Origin: Naegleria gruberi
Lineage: Eukaryota
Length of the DNA stretch: 64,000 nucleotides
Assembly: GCA_000004985.1 (NCBI GenBank)
Contig: GG738908.1
Strand: one strand, 5' to 3'
Under the pieces are notes generated by a model. That model saw only the letters and a list, made by a program, of their open reading frames with translations, was not told the DNA's origin and made no database searches. A program made the translations under genes and the position numbers. Positions 23,199-34,000 of this stretch are shown here, in pieces. How positions within the stretch are numbered: the stretch's first letter is position 1; every line of letters begins with the position of its first letter.

Positions 23199-23268
23199 TT
23201 CGCGATAGATCAGTTGGTTAGGAAGCCTAACACGCTTAAGGTCGCGGGTTCAAGCCCCGCTCGCTGTA
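23199..23268 (+). tRNA. tRNA-like element with a tRNA-Val(AAC)-type anticodon arm; acceptor and D stems imperfect, so possibly a tRNA pseudogene
   Basis: D-loop AGTTGGTTAG. Anticodon arm GAAGC-CTAACAC-GCTTA (loop CTAACAC as in eukaryotic tRNA-Val-AAC). Variable loop AGGTC and a perfect T-arm GCGGG-TTCAAGC-CCCGC. Only ~4-5 of 7 acceptor pairs form (TTCGCGA/TCGCTGT). Confidence 0.35.
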
Positions 23269-23451
23269 ACCTTTTGCCCATTAGAACAACAATCCTTATC
23301 ATCTTTTTGTCAGCAATTGGAAAAAATTTCCAGAACTGCCTAATTCACTTTCTCAGCCTTTTTCCATTTATTAACATTGCTACATCACAGTCCATATCTT
23401 TAATTCCAAACTGAATGTATTCCACACCAAAAAAATCAAATCCACACAACA

Positions 23452-23706
23452 ATGAAAAAGTCCTGTATTCTCCTCACTTTCCTCATTTTCTTCCTCTTCT
23501 TGGCTCTTCTTGTTGAAAGCCAAAAGCAAAAGCCAACACGTTCTCCAAGACCTGTTCATCCAACTCCGCATGCCTCAGCACGTGTTCATCCAGCACATCC
23601 AGTTAGGCCAACTGCTTCAACTCATCCAGGACAAGGCCACGTTAGACCACTTCGCTCACTTTTGAGACCTCTTCGTTCAAAGCTTCGTCCACAACCTTCT
23701 CAATAA
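23452..23706 (+). CDS. small secreted His/Pro/Arg-rich protein
   Basis: ATG at 23452. Signal peptide MKKSCILLTFLIFFLFLALLVES, then repetitive HP/RP segments. Confidence 0.4.
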   Translation: MKKSCILLTFLIFFLFLALLVESQKQKPTRSPRPVHPTPHASARVHPAHPVRPTASTHPGQGHVRPLRSLLRPLRSKLRPQPSQ

Positions 23707-23757
23707 AACAATTATTAACCAGTATTGTCATATTTTATTAATGGTAAAGCTAACAAT

Positions 23758-24807
23758 CTAGTCAATTCTGATTACAACCTTTCCAAAGTGCTTTCCACTA
23801 GCCAAATACTCAAAAGCTTCTTTTACATTCTCAAAGTCAAACACCCTATCTACAACAGGTTTAATTTCATTAATTTCAATGGACTTGTTCATCCTCTCAA
23901 ACACACCTCTCGATCCAATATAAATTCCCCTCATCTGGACCGAACTATAGAGAACCTTCTCTCCAAATCCACTACAGGTTCCAGCAGACTTGGCCAAAAC
24001 ACCAATAATATGGACATGCCCTCCCAAACGCACAGCATCCAGTGAACGATTCAAAGTGCCCTCTCCACCAACTTCCAACACATGATCGACACCTTTTCCG
24101 TTAGTAATTTCTCTCACCTTAATTTCCCAATCTGGATGTTTCTTATAATTAATTAAAAAAGAAGCACCAAGAGATTGAGCGAGTTTTAACTTTTCATCAC
24201 TGGAGGACAGTACCATAACTTGGCAACCAGCTCTTACTGCAAATTGAAGACCAAACAGAGAGACACCACCAGTTCCAATAATGAGAACAGTTTCGCCTGG
24301 GCCTGCCTTGACACCATTCTCATTGAGAGCACTCCATGCAGTGACTGCAGCACATGGTAAGGTTGAAGCTTGTTCATAACTCAAATGAGAAGGAAACTTG
24401 ATCAAAGCACTCTCTTCAAAGACACGATATTGAGCCAAGACTCCTGGTACAGTAGCACCAAGAGCACGAGAGACATTGTCAGGAGTGATAGGACCATCTT
24501 GCCAAGTTTCAAAGAAGGTTCCACATACACGATCACCAATTTGAAAGGAAGTTACTTCATCTCCCAAGGCAACTACTTGTCCAGCTCCATCTGAGAGTGG
24601 AATTAATCCTGGTGGGAAGGAGAAACTTCCAAATTGACCTCTCGAGATGAGAATGTCTCTAAAGTTGAGACTGGCTGCATGTAAACGAACAAGGACTTGT
24701 TTTCTTTGGGGAGTTTCTACTGGTTCTGAAGGGAAGAGAGTAAGACCATGTGTGCCTTCAAAATGTTGTAGACGATATTGTTTTTGTGTGGTTGGGATTT
24801 CTGCCAT
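23758..24807 (-). CDS. medium-chain dehydrogenase/reductase (zinc-type alcohol dehydrogenase-like / NADPH:quinone oxidoreductase family)
   Basis: ATG at 24807. N-terminal GroES-like region, a Rossmann GxGxxG-type motif (LIIGTGGVSLFGLQFAVRAGCQV) and a C-terminal KHFGKVVI typical of quinone oxidoreductases. Confidence 0.8.
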   Translation of the reverse strand: MAEIPTTQKQYRLQHFEGTHGLTLFPSEPVETPQRKQVLVRLHAASLNFRDILISRGQFGSFSFPPGLIPLSDGAGQVVALGDEVTSFQIGDRVCGTFFETWQDGPITPDNVSRALGATVPGVLAQYRVFEESALIKFPSHLSYEQASTLPCAAVTAWSALNENGVKAGPGETVLIIGTGGVSLFGLQFAVRAGCQVMVLSSSDEKLKLAQSLGASFLINYKKHPDWEIKVREITNGKGVDHVLEVGGEGTLNRSLDAVRLGGHVHIIGVLAKSAGTCSGFGEKVLYSSVQMRGIYIGSRGVFERMNKSIEINEIKPVVDRVFDFENVKEAFEYLASGKHFGKVVIRID

Positions 24808-25269
24808 TTTTTGATTTTGCTATTTTCTATGTTTCTCTTTTACCTTTATTGTAAAATGTTACAACGAGCATAAATATTCCTGCGCCCTATTGAATTATCA
24901 CGCCAAGAATTTCAGTTATTGAGCACGTACTAATTAAGATTTTTACAATAGCAATCATGATGATAATCACAATCAAACTTCAGTTTCATCATGAAAAGAA
25001 GAAGGAACAATTTCTCAATCTGTAAATCCTCGTTTCAGAGCAATTTGGCATCATGTGAGGAACGGTAACCAGCTTAATCAATTGATTTCTACAGTATTCG
25101 ATTATACAAATGGTCAATTTCATATCATAACCAAGACCTCCTACCAATTGAATTGAATATTATTCTTTCCGATGAGGGTTTTCATGTGATTTTCTTGAGC
25201 TTGAAGAAACGTGTGAATTGAATTTACCTTTGTTAAGTAAGGGTTAATAATATTGTTCGAATGATTTAT

Positions 25270-26961
25270 TTAATAGTAAATATCTCTGACACCTTCAGCA
25301 ATTCTTTCAAGGTTCTTCTTGAGTGACTTTCTCTTGGCTTCAGATGGAATGTTCTTTTGTTCTTCTTCAATTCTGTTCCAACCAACAGTTTGAGTTTTTT
25401 CATCGGCATAGTCATGCAAGTATTCAGCAAGTGTCATGATACTGTTAGGATGACACATATTTTGAATGTCACCCTTCTTGGCAATCTTCATAAACTTTTC
25501 ACCAGTACGATTCATTCTGTAACAAGCAGTACAGAAGCTTGGCATGTATCCAGTTTCCAATAATTCACGAATAACTTCACCAGTATTTCTGTGATCACCT
25601 AATGAGAATTGACCCATAGAGTAGTCATCACGCTCGTCTTCCTTCTTTTCATAACCACCAACTGCAGTGTTGGATCCAGCAGACATTTGTGAAATACCAA
25701 GAGAAAGCAATTCTCTTCTCATATCTGGATTTTCTCTTGTGGAGAGAATCATACCAGTGTATGGAACTGAACATCTCAATACAGCAACCAATTTTTTGAA
25801 TTGAGCATCACTGACAAGGTTTGGAACATGAACAGAAACCTCAGAGCCAGATGCTGGTTTCAGTCTTGGAACTGAGATGGTGTGTGGGCCAGCATTCCAA
25901 ACATCACTCAAATGGTTAGCATGTTGCAACATTGCCAACACCTCGAATCTATAGTCATATAAACCAAACAAAGCACCAATACCAACATCATCCAATCCAG
26001 TCACGAAGGCCTTATCCATGGTTTGCAATCTGTCGTAGTATTGTCCTTTAGTACCAAATGGATGCATTTCCTTGTGTGTTTGACGATGATAAGTTTCTTG
26101 GAACAAGATGTATGTTCCGACCTTGTTGGTTGCCTTCAATCTTCTAAAATCAGAAACACTCAATTGAGGAATTTCAACATTGATTCTTCTCACATCACCA
26201 TGAGGTTCAGTCTTGACATCAGCAGCAACTTGCAATTGTCTCATAAAATCTTCAAATGTATACTTTGGACTTTCTCCGCACAACATTAAAATTCTCTTGT
26301 GACCTTGTTTTTGTAAAGCTTCAACTTCTCTAATGACTTCTTCATCAGAGAGGGCTGATCTTGGCATTTCCTTATTAGATCCTCTGTATCCACAATATAA
26401 ACAACTTCCAACACAATAATTACTAGTATACAGTGGTGCAAACAAAACAATTCTGTTTCCGTAAATTAATTCCTTAATATAAAAAGCTGTTGTATATAAA
26501 CTGTTGAGAATATCAGTTTCTTCCTCTGGAATATTCAACAAGGTTGCAGTATCTTCAAGTGACAATCCTTGAATATATTCATCTTTAGGAATGGTTTCAC
26601 AACTTTGTGATTCAACTTCTCCACCATTCTTCTTATTTCGGAGAAGTGGTGATTTGAGCAAGGCTTGATCTCTAGCTCTCTTCAAAATTTGTCGAACGTG
26701 TTCATGATCTTTGGCTTTTTCCTTTGTTTCTTCCATCATTTGATGAATAAGTTTTTCATCAATAATTTTGGTTGGATCTGGAAGTTGTTTCAAGGTTTCT
26801 GGTTCTCTTTCTACGGACCACCTAGCTTGTGATTTAATGGATGTATGGAAATTCTTTGATGCAGATAACAATGAAGCACTACTACCATTAGTAACAGCAC
26901 AACTACTCAAAAGACCTGATCTTCTTCCACCATTAGCAGCCAATCTAGCTAAACTCTTCAT
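25270..26961 (-). CDS. hydG: [FeFe]-hydrogenase maturase HydG (radical-SAM tyrosine lyase) with an N-terminal presequence-like extension
   Basis: Radical-SAM CX3CX2C (CVGSCLYCGYRG) and the HydG-specific C-terminal CX2CX22C (CTACYRMNRTGEKFMKIAKKGDIQNMC). The N-terminus MKSLARLAANGGRRSGLLSS... is Arg/Ser-rich. Confidence 0.85.
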   Translation of the reverse strand: MKSLARLAANGGRRSGLLSSCAVTNGSSASLLSASKNFHTSIKSQARWSVEREPETLKQLPDPTKIIDEKLIHQMMEETKEKAKDHEHVRQILKRARDQALLKSPLLRNKKNGGEVESQSCETIPKDEYIQGLSLEDTATLLNIPEEETDILNSLYTTAFYIKELIYGNRIVLFAPLYTSNYCVGSCLYCGYRGSNKEMPRSALSDEEVIREVEALQKQGHKRILMLCGESPKYTFEDFMRQLQVAADVKTEPHGDVRRINVEIPQLSVSDFRRLKATNKVGTYILFQETYHRQTHKEMHPFGTKGQYYDRLQTMDKAFVTGLDDVGIGALFGLYDYRFEVLAMLQHANHLSDVWNAGPHTISVPRLKPASGSEVSVHVPNLVSDAQFKKLVAVLRCSVPYTGMILSTRENPDMRRELLSLGISQMSAGSNTAVGGYEKKEDERDDYSMGQFSLGDHRNTGEVIRELLETGYMPSFCTACYRMNRTGEKFMKIAKKGDIQNMCHPNSIMTLAEYLHDYADEKTQTVGWNRIEEEQKNIPSEAKRKSLKKNLERIAEGVRDIYY

Positions 26962-27428
26962 CTTTTCTACTCGGATGTTTTTTTTGTATGAAATTGTATG
27001 TACAAGGTGATATTTGTGTTTTTCAAGTTGTTGTGTTGATATTTGGCTAATGAAAAACTCAAATTTGTTTTGAATTGTGTTTTGTTTTAATTTTTTCTAT
27101 TGTTGTCTAATAGATGACAAAGAAGAGTTTTTCGCTTGTGCTGACGAAAAGATTCTCCACCAAATTAGTGCCTGATTCAATACAAAAAAAAAGATGAGGA
27201 ACCAAAAAGGAAATGAGGTAAGAATCATAGAGTTGTGTATTGAGACCTTTTTCAAGTGAGAGAATCAATAGTTGAAAGAATCTCTTAGAGTTTCATCATC
27301 CAATGAATACATCTTTGCTTAAAAGTCATTGTTTTGCATTGAGAACTATTTTGGAAAAAATTAAGAAAAAAAAATAGCAAAAAAAAACAAAAGCGAAAAT
27401 TCAATCTCATCTTTTCGTAAAATAGTTC
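26962..27428. promoter_or_regulatory. shared divergent intergenic/promoter region between hydG (minus) and hydE (plus)
   Basis: A 467-bp AT-rich spacer with poly-A tracts lies between two head-to-head start codons. A regulatory role is inferred from position only. Confidence 0.4.
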
Positions 27429-29003
27429 ATGATGAAGGGATTGAAAAAATCAGCCACGACACTTCTAAGATCGTCCAAGAGTGGTGGTATCAACTTTAAA
27501 GCAGCATCATTGATTTCGGAATTGAAGTTTGTTCCGAATCAATTGTTGATGAGAAATAACTTTTCTACTTCTTTGATACAACAACATGGCGACCACCACC
27601 ATGATCATCATCATCATGATTTGATGGAGGATGAACTGTTACCTACTCCTAAAAAGACAATTATCAATATTAAAGAACCTCCAATACCTACAGAAGTTGA
27701 TTTGGGAGCAATGGGTGAGCAAGTTGCAACAGCATCATCAGCCAATTCTGATCCAAAAGCTGCTGAACGTAAAATGAAAAGAGCAAGAACTGTAAATTAT
27801 CTTCAAAAACCACTCGAACAGAGAATTTTAGTATTGGAAAAGTATTTTGGAGTGAAACCAGAACTTGGAAAACCTGTGGAATTAACAAAGGAACAAATTG
27901 TAAATGTTTTAAATATTGAGGATCATGAGGAACAAAGAGCTCTCTTTGACTATGCCAATTCAATTACTGAATCAATTTATGGCTCAAAGGTTTACTTTAG
28001 AGGTATTATTGAATTTTCAAATGTTTGTCAGAAGGACTGCAATTATTGTGGTATTAGAAAACATATGCAAGTACCAAGATATACAATGCCAAAAGAAGAA
28101 ATAATAGAACAAGCTATTTGGGCCTATGAAAATCATTTTGGATCCATCATGTTACAATCTGGTGAATTGAATACAGAAGGAAGAATCTCAATGTTAGTCG
28201 ATGTCATTCGTGAAATTAAGAAACGTACAGGTGGAGGAGGTCCAGGTGAATGGAATAAGGGACTTGGTATTGCTCTCGGTGTTGGTGAATTGAGTAGAGA
28301 ATCTTATCAGAGATTATATGATGCTGGTGCTCACAGATATCTCCTAAGAATTGAAACATCCAATCCAGAACTCTACTCTAAACTCCATCCTAACGATGAA
28401 AATCACGTATGGGAAGAACGAAAGAAGTGCTTGGAAACTCTAATGGATATTGGATATCAAACTGGTACTGGTGTAATGATTATGATTCCAAATCAAACAG
28501 TTCAAGATTTGGCAGACGATTTACTCTTCTTTAGAAAAATTGGAGCTGATATGATTGGTATGGGACCATACATTGTTCAAGAAGGAACACCAATTGGAAA
28601 GATTTGGATGGAGCAATATGGTCACATGAATGAAGCAGAAAAGAAGGAATATAACAGAGTTCTATTCAGATTGGCTCTGAAGATGACTGCCCTGGCAAGA
28701 ATTTTAATTCCTGAAGCTAATATTTCTGCAACAACAGCTCTTCAAGCCATCAATCCAGCTGGTAGAGAAATAGCTTTAAGTTCTGGTGCCAATATGGTCA
28801 TGCCTATTATTACACCAACCAAGTATCGTGTCAATTATCAACTCTATCAAGGAAAACCTTGTATTGATGATACTAAGGAAGAATGTAAGAGATGTTTAAC
28901 AGATCGTGTTAAATGGTCTAACAAGCAATTGATTTTAGATGAATGGGGTGATCCAATCAGCTACTTTAATAAGAGAAATATGAAAGTACCGAACAAGGAA
29001 TAA
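27429..29003 (+). CDS. hydE: [FeFe]-hydrogenase maturase HydE (radical-SAM, biotin-synthase-like) with an N-terminal extension and a His-rich tract
   Basis: Radical-SAM CX3CX2C (CQKDCNYCGIRKH) and the HydE-type C-terminal CX7CX2C (CIDDTKEECKRC). N-terminus MMKGLKKSATTLLRSSKSGG... followed by HGDHHHDHHHHD. Confidence 0.85.
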   Translation: MMKGLKKSATTLLRSSKSGGINFKAASLISELKFVPNQLLMRNNFSTSLIQQHGDHHHDHHHHDLMEDELLPTPKKTIINIKEPPIPTEVDLGAMGEQVATASSANSDPKAAERKMKRARTVNYLQKPLEQRILVLEKYFGVKPELGKPVELTKEQIVNVLNIEDHEEQRALFDYANSITESIYGSKVYFRGIIEFSNVCQKDCNYCGIRKHMQVPRYTMPKEEIIEQAIWAYENHFGSIMLQSGELNTEGRISMLVDVIREIKKRTGGGGPGEWNKGLGIALGVGELSRESYQRLYDAGAHRYLLRIETSNPELYSKLHPNDENHVWEERKKCLETLMDIGYQTGTGVMIMIPNQTVQDLADDLLFFRKIGADMIGMGPYIVQEGTPIGKIWMEQYGHMNEAEKKEYNRVLFRLALKMTALARILIPEANISATTALQAINPAGREIALSSGANMVMPIITPTKYRVNYQLYQGKPCIDDTKEECKRCLTDRVKWSNKQLILDEWGDPISYFNKRNMKVPNKE

Positions 29004-29102
29004 AGACTCGTTTTGTACTTCCTGGAACCAATCACAAATGATTTGAGAATTATCTGCTTCAGTTCGTCATAAAAATTTTTTTATTTTGAACGTATTGGTC
29101 AA

Positions 29103-30215
29103 TTAATTCAATTTGAACATTCCTTGAACATCCTTTGCAGAGTAGGCTCCTTCCAAACTCTTCTTCTCCTCTTCAGTCAATTGAATTTCCAATGCTTGAA
29201 CATTGAGCTCAACATTAATAGCCTTTGTTGCACCAATTACCGGACTTACAACCCCAGGCTTTGAAAGCAACCAAGCAAGTGCAATTTGAGCTGGAGAAAC
29301 ATTTCTATTCTTGGCAATCTCAGAAACTTTTCTCAAAGTTTCCTTATCACCTTCAGTCAACTTGTCCTTAAATAAGGATTGAACAAAATCGGTGCTTTGT
29401 CTCTTGGATCCGTTTTCAGTAGTTTCAGTTGCCTTCTCCTCAGCATTGACAAATTCATGAGCACGAGCTAACATTCCATTAGAAAGAGGTCCCCAAGGTG
29501 TGAGTGAAACACCTTGATCAACACACAATGGATTCATTTCTCTCTCCTCTTCTCTATAGATGAGATTGTAGAGATTTTGCATGGAAATGAATTTAGTCAA
29601 TCCCTTCTTCTCAGCATAATGTTGAGCTTTAGCAAATTGCCAAGCAAACATAGTAGAAGCACCAATGTATCTGACCTTGCCAGATTTAACCAAATCATGG
29701 AGAGCGTCCATGGTTTCTTCAATTGGTGTTTGTTCATCCCAACGATGGATAATGTACAAATCAATGTCTGTTTGAATTTTTCATTTCGTACGAGTTGAAA
29801 TAAAGTAATACTTACAATCAAGACCCAATCTTTGTAATGAATCCTCAACGGCATGCATAATGTGCTTTCTGGAAAGGCCCATAGTATTCGGCTTGGCTTG
29901 ACTACCAACCATAATGAGCTTTTGTTCACCAGAACGATCCAATGGTGCACAAACTTTGGTAGCTACCACAATTTCCTCTCTCGGAATGTTAAATTCCTTA
30001 ATGAACTTGCCCAAAATTCTTTCACTTTCTCCATTGCTGTAAATATTGGCAGTGTCGAAAAAGTTAATGCCCAAATCCCAGGCCTTCTTCAAAATGGTCA
30101 ATGATTCCTCTTCTTCCAAAACCCATGGAAGCCACTTGGAAGATCCAAAGCTCATGCAACCCAAACAAAGTTGAGAAACCTTCAAACCACTTTCACCCAA
30201 ATTGACGTATTTCAT
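29103..30215 (-). CDS. aldo-keto reductase (Kv-beta/AKR-like), 2 exons: join(29103..29767,29816..30215)
   Basis: A 48-nt intron (GTAAGT...ACAG on the minus strand) rejoins ...RLGLD | YIDLYIIHRWD. AKR motifs LGCMSFG, GINFFDTANIY and DLYIIHRWD are present. Confidence 0.8.
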
Positions 30216-30536
30216 ATTGTATTAAATTGCGATGGAAACTGTTAGTGCAGATAGAATTAAATTCAAAAACTAGTTGTGAATTTGTTTTTTTGTGTTTGGA
30301 ATTAGAGTTTTGTTTCGAGAGCCAAAATTTAAACACAAAATTTATGCTTTTAATTATGCGCGCAGAATCAAATGATTCCAACAGATTTGTGCTCTTATTT
30401 AAACGAGCAGAATTATGATCATTATTGATTGAGGAGGTGGAAATACAACCATTGTCCTGCCAAAACACTGACAACAGCCTAGGTAGCTTGGTGATGCGTT
30501 TCAATTGTTAATAATTCTTATTTTAGGGTAATGAAT

Positions 30537-30655
30537 GGCTACGGCCATATCACGATGAATGCACCTCATCCCGTCCGATTTGAGAAGTTAAGCATCGTCG
30601 AGCCACATCAGTACTGAGGTTGGAGACAACTTGGGAACCTGTGGTGCTGTAGTCT
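30537..30655 (+). rRNA. 5S ribosomal RNA gene followed by a T5 Pol III terminator
   Basis: Approximately 119 nt, GGCTACGGCCATATCACGATGAATGCACCTCATCCCGTCCGATTTGAGAAGTTAAGCATCGTCGAGCC...GGGAACCTGTGGTGCTGTAGTC, then TTTTT. Helix I pairs the 5' and 3' ends. Matches the 5S consensus (box A/C region ...AAGTTAAGC...). Confidence 0.85.
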
Positions 30656-31042
30656 TTTTAATTTTTTATCTTTTTAAATTAGAAAGCATTACCACAAACA
30701 GCTCCTGTGGAAATGTATGCTTGCCAATCATCCAATTGATTGTCTTCCCTTCACCACTGGCAACAATGAATTCATTATTCGACAATAGAAACCAATATAT
30801 TGATTCAATTCTGCCACTACAACAATATTCGTTATCCATGTTCACACTTTCCTCATCAAAAAGCCATGAACACAATCACCATGTTAAAAAAAATTACCAC
30901 ACTAACCATATAAATTAGTTGCAATTAACTATTCTGCAACACGAACATCAACAACACATATACATTTGGCTTTGCAACATTGAAGCTATTACTTCAGCTG
31001 CCAAACGTCATTCCATTAAAAACTTCATCAAAAGTTAAAAAA

Positions 31043-34000
31043 ATGATTCCTTCCTCCTCTGACCCAGTAGCAGCGACAACTACAAAAACTGCTGTTGAAG
31101 GAGGAGTTATCGAACAACATGTGTCATCACCATATGACAGCTGCAGGAATCAACCAAATATTGACATTTCATTATCCACAACTTGTTTGAAAACCTCTGA
31201 ATATTCCAATAATACAATATCTACTCCCACTAGCAGCGCTGCTATTTCCAACAATATTTCCTCCACTACTACTACTCCATTATCCACAAAACTTTCCCTC
31301 CAAAATCTTCATCATCATCATCAGCCAAATAATAATAATAATTTATTTTCATCATTATCGATATCGGAGGGGAATACTTCACCACATGCGAGAAATGAAA
31401 GTAATAATAATAACAATAATGGAGGAAGTTATGCTGGTGGTGCTGTTGGAGGAGGTAATATAATTCTAACACTTTCAATGCCAACACCCAATACACCCAA
31501 TACGCCGAAAGGACAAACAGGTAATAATGCGAATCGACAGGAACATGAAGAGAAGGCTCCTGAAGATGCTGCCAATGATGATAATCTTGTAGGCAATGGA
31601 AGGAAGAGTAGTGGTGTCGATGTTGATCAGCCTCAAGTGCTGCTGAACAAATCCTCCTCTAATAATTCCTCTTCTTTTAATCACAACAATAATGAAATAT
31701 TTGGCGCCAATAATAATAACAAACAAGAAATATCTAAAATAACAACAAATAATCAGCAGCAACAAGAACAATATGTAGGAGGAGGACAAGAACAATATCA
31801 GCAGCAATATCAAATTATTCTAGTGAAGGAAAATCAACAACAACAACAACATGTTTATGAAAAACGAGGAAGTGAAGATCAGAGAGTTTCATTCTCTTCG
31901 GCAACAAGTGATTCTTCATCATCATCAACAATTCAGCCTTTGCACTTGACCAATAATAATAATTCAAATAATAATACTACTACTACTAGTGAATCATCGA
32001 CTAGCAATAACAATCAACGATCAATAGCCAAACCTCGACTTGTACCAATTATTCCCATTCAAAATATACAAAATCATCATCGAGGTTACTCACCATCCTC
32101 CTCCGATTCATCTTCTTCTTCCTCTGAAGAAGATTCAGGCTCCTCTGACTCTCCCAAAGTGAAAACAAGTATAACAACAACACCAACAGGAGACAAGGAA
32201 CCATCCTTCTCTTCATCCTCTTCATCATCAGCATTGACTACTAATCAGTCAAATCTTCACCTGACAGAGTATCACAATCATAATAATCGTTTTCATAATC
32301 GTACGCCTTCTTCACCCACTGCCAGATTAACTGACGATGTTAATACAATTAAATTATCAACCATTTCTCCAACATCACCTTCTTCACCTTCTGTTCTACC
32401 TTGGTCTCCACATACACCACCAGTCAACAAACAACAACAACCACAACAACATGCTCATCTCTTGACTCCCCTTCCAATTCACAAAATTTCTAGTCCTATG
32501 GATTCATCAGATGAGCCAGCAAGATTGACTGCTAGAACACAACAACCACTTTCACAATCATTTTCACAGGATGTTTTACCACTTTTTGATGATAATCATG
32601 TGGATCAATTGGTTACACATCGTACGAGTTCACTTAATTTACAGGCAAGTTATAAAGGTGGTCATATCAATCATGGCCATTCTCACGATCATGCCATACC
32701 TAAAATTCAACAACGTAGAGGTCAATATTTTCCTCACGATCAATTCAAGATTGTAATGACTGATTTCACAATACAAATCACTGAAAAGAACAATGAATCA
32801 ATAATTATTGAAGAGTATACAGAATTGAAATCTCTAGGAACTGGTGGACAAGCTACTGTTTTTTCAGGTCTTGAAAAGACTACTGGTGAAAGAGTGGCTC
32901 TGAAGGTTATTAATGCTGGAGGAAATTCAGCACAATTGTGGAATGAAGTAAGTTTCTTTAGCATCATTGATTCTAATGTAATTTTCAGTTTAATATTTTG
33001 AGAGTTTTAAAGCATTCTTCAATTATACCCGTATGGAAGTTGTACGAAACAAAGAATATTTTCAATTCAATGATTATGATTACAATGCCAGTGTATATTC
33101 ATGGCGACATGACAGCATTTATTACCAAATTTGCTCCTAAATATGACACAAATCCATTTACACCACACGTAAGTAATTAATACTCTTAATAACAATATCT
33201 AACAATATTTTAACAGTGTATTATAGACATGGTTCTTCAAATAACGGATGCAATTCAATATACACACTCTAAAGGCATTATTCACAGAGATTTGAAACCT
33301 GACAATATTTTCATTTCTTCATTGGAACTTGATAAGAAGAATAGAAAATTAATAACATCATGTAAAGTAACTTTGGGAGATTTTGGACTTTCTAAGAATA
33401 TACAACAATCTATGGCAGTTTCTGTTGTTGGTACACTTGGATGGATGAGTCCAGATCATTTGAATGGTAATTTTTCTCTCAAAACAGACATGTGGAGTCT
33501 GGGATGTATTATATATTATTTGATCAGCTTGGATGCTGCTCTTTTAAACACTAACGATATGATTAACGAGAATCATGCTGCACACAAAGTGAAAATGAGA
33601 GAGAATATGTACAAGGTTTGTATTAATAATTTACGAATGTGTTTGTTTTAACATTGCATTTAGAAAATGAATTCAACATTACCTTCAAAATTTGTGGAAT
33701 TAATAGATATTGTTGTTACTAAGTTATTGGAAAAGAATCCAGAGGAGAGATTATCTTCTCATGAATTCTTTTGGGATTATTTGATACCTTGGAGATTTAG
33801 AATTGATGAAACCGAGTTGACAGAAGTAGTCCCTGGAAAAGAAGGTCTTTATTCTTGGAATGGATCTACTGTAACATTAAGAAGGGTCACTAAAGATCAA
33901 TTTAAAACACTTATTCAACTCCGAGATATTCAATACATTACTAAAGTTCTAGGATACTTTACAACGTATGATGAATTAACAGATCAAGAGGAGATTTACA

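Noticed and set aside
23172-23414. 80-aa ORF overlapping the tRNA-like element
   Set aside because: It reads straight through a tRNA-like Pol III-type sequence and has no ATG (TTG/ATT-type start). It is a spurious ORF.
25270-29003. hydG/hydE as part of a bacterial hydEFG operon or a contaminant contig
   Set aside because: The genes are divergently oriented, AT-rich like their surroundings, and carry eukaryotic presequence-like N-termini. They sit between eukaryotic genes (a two-exon AKR, a 5S rRNA gene, an MDR gene). No hydF lies between them.
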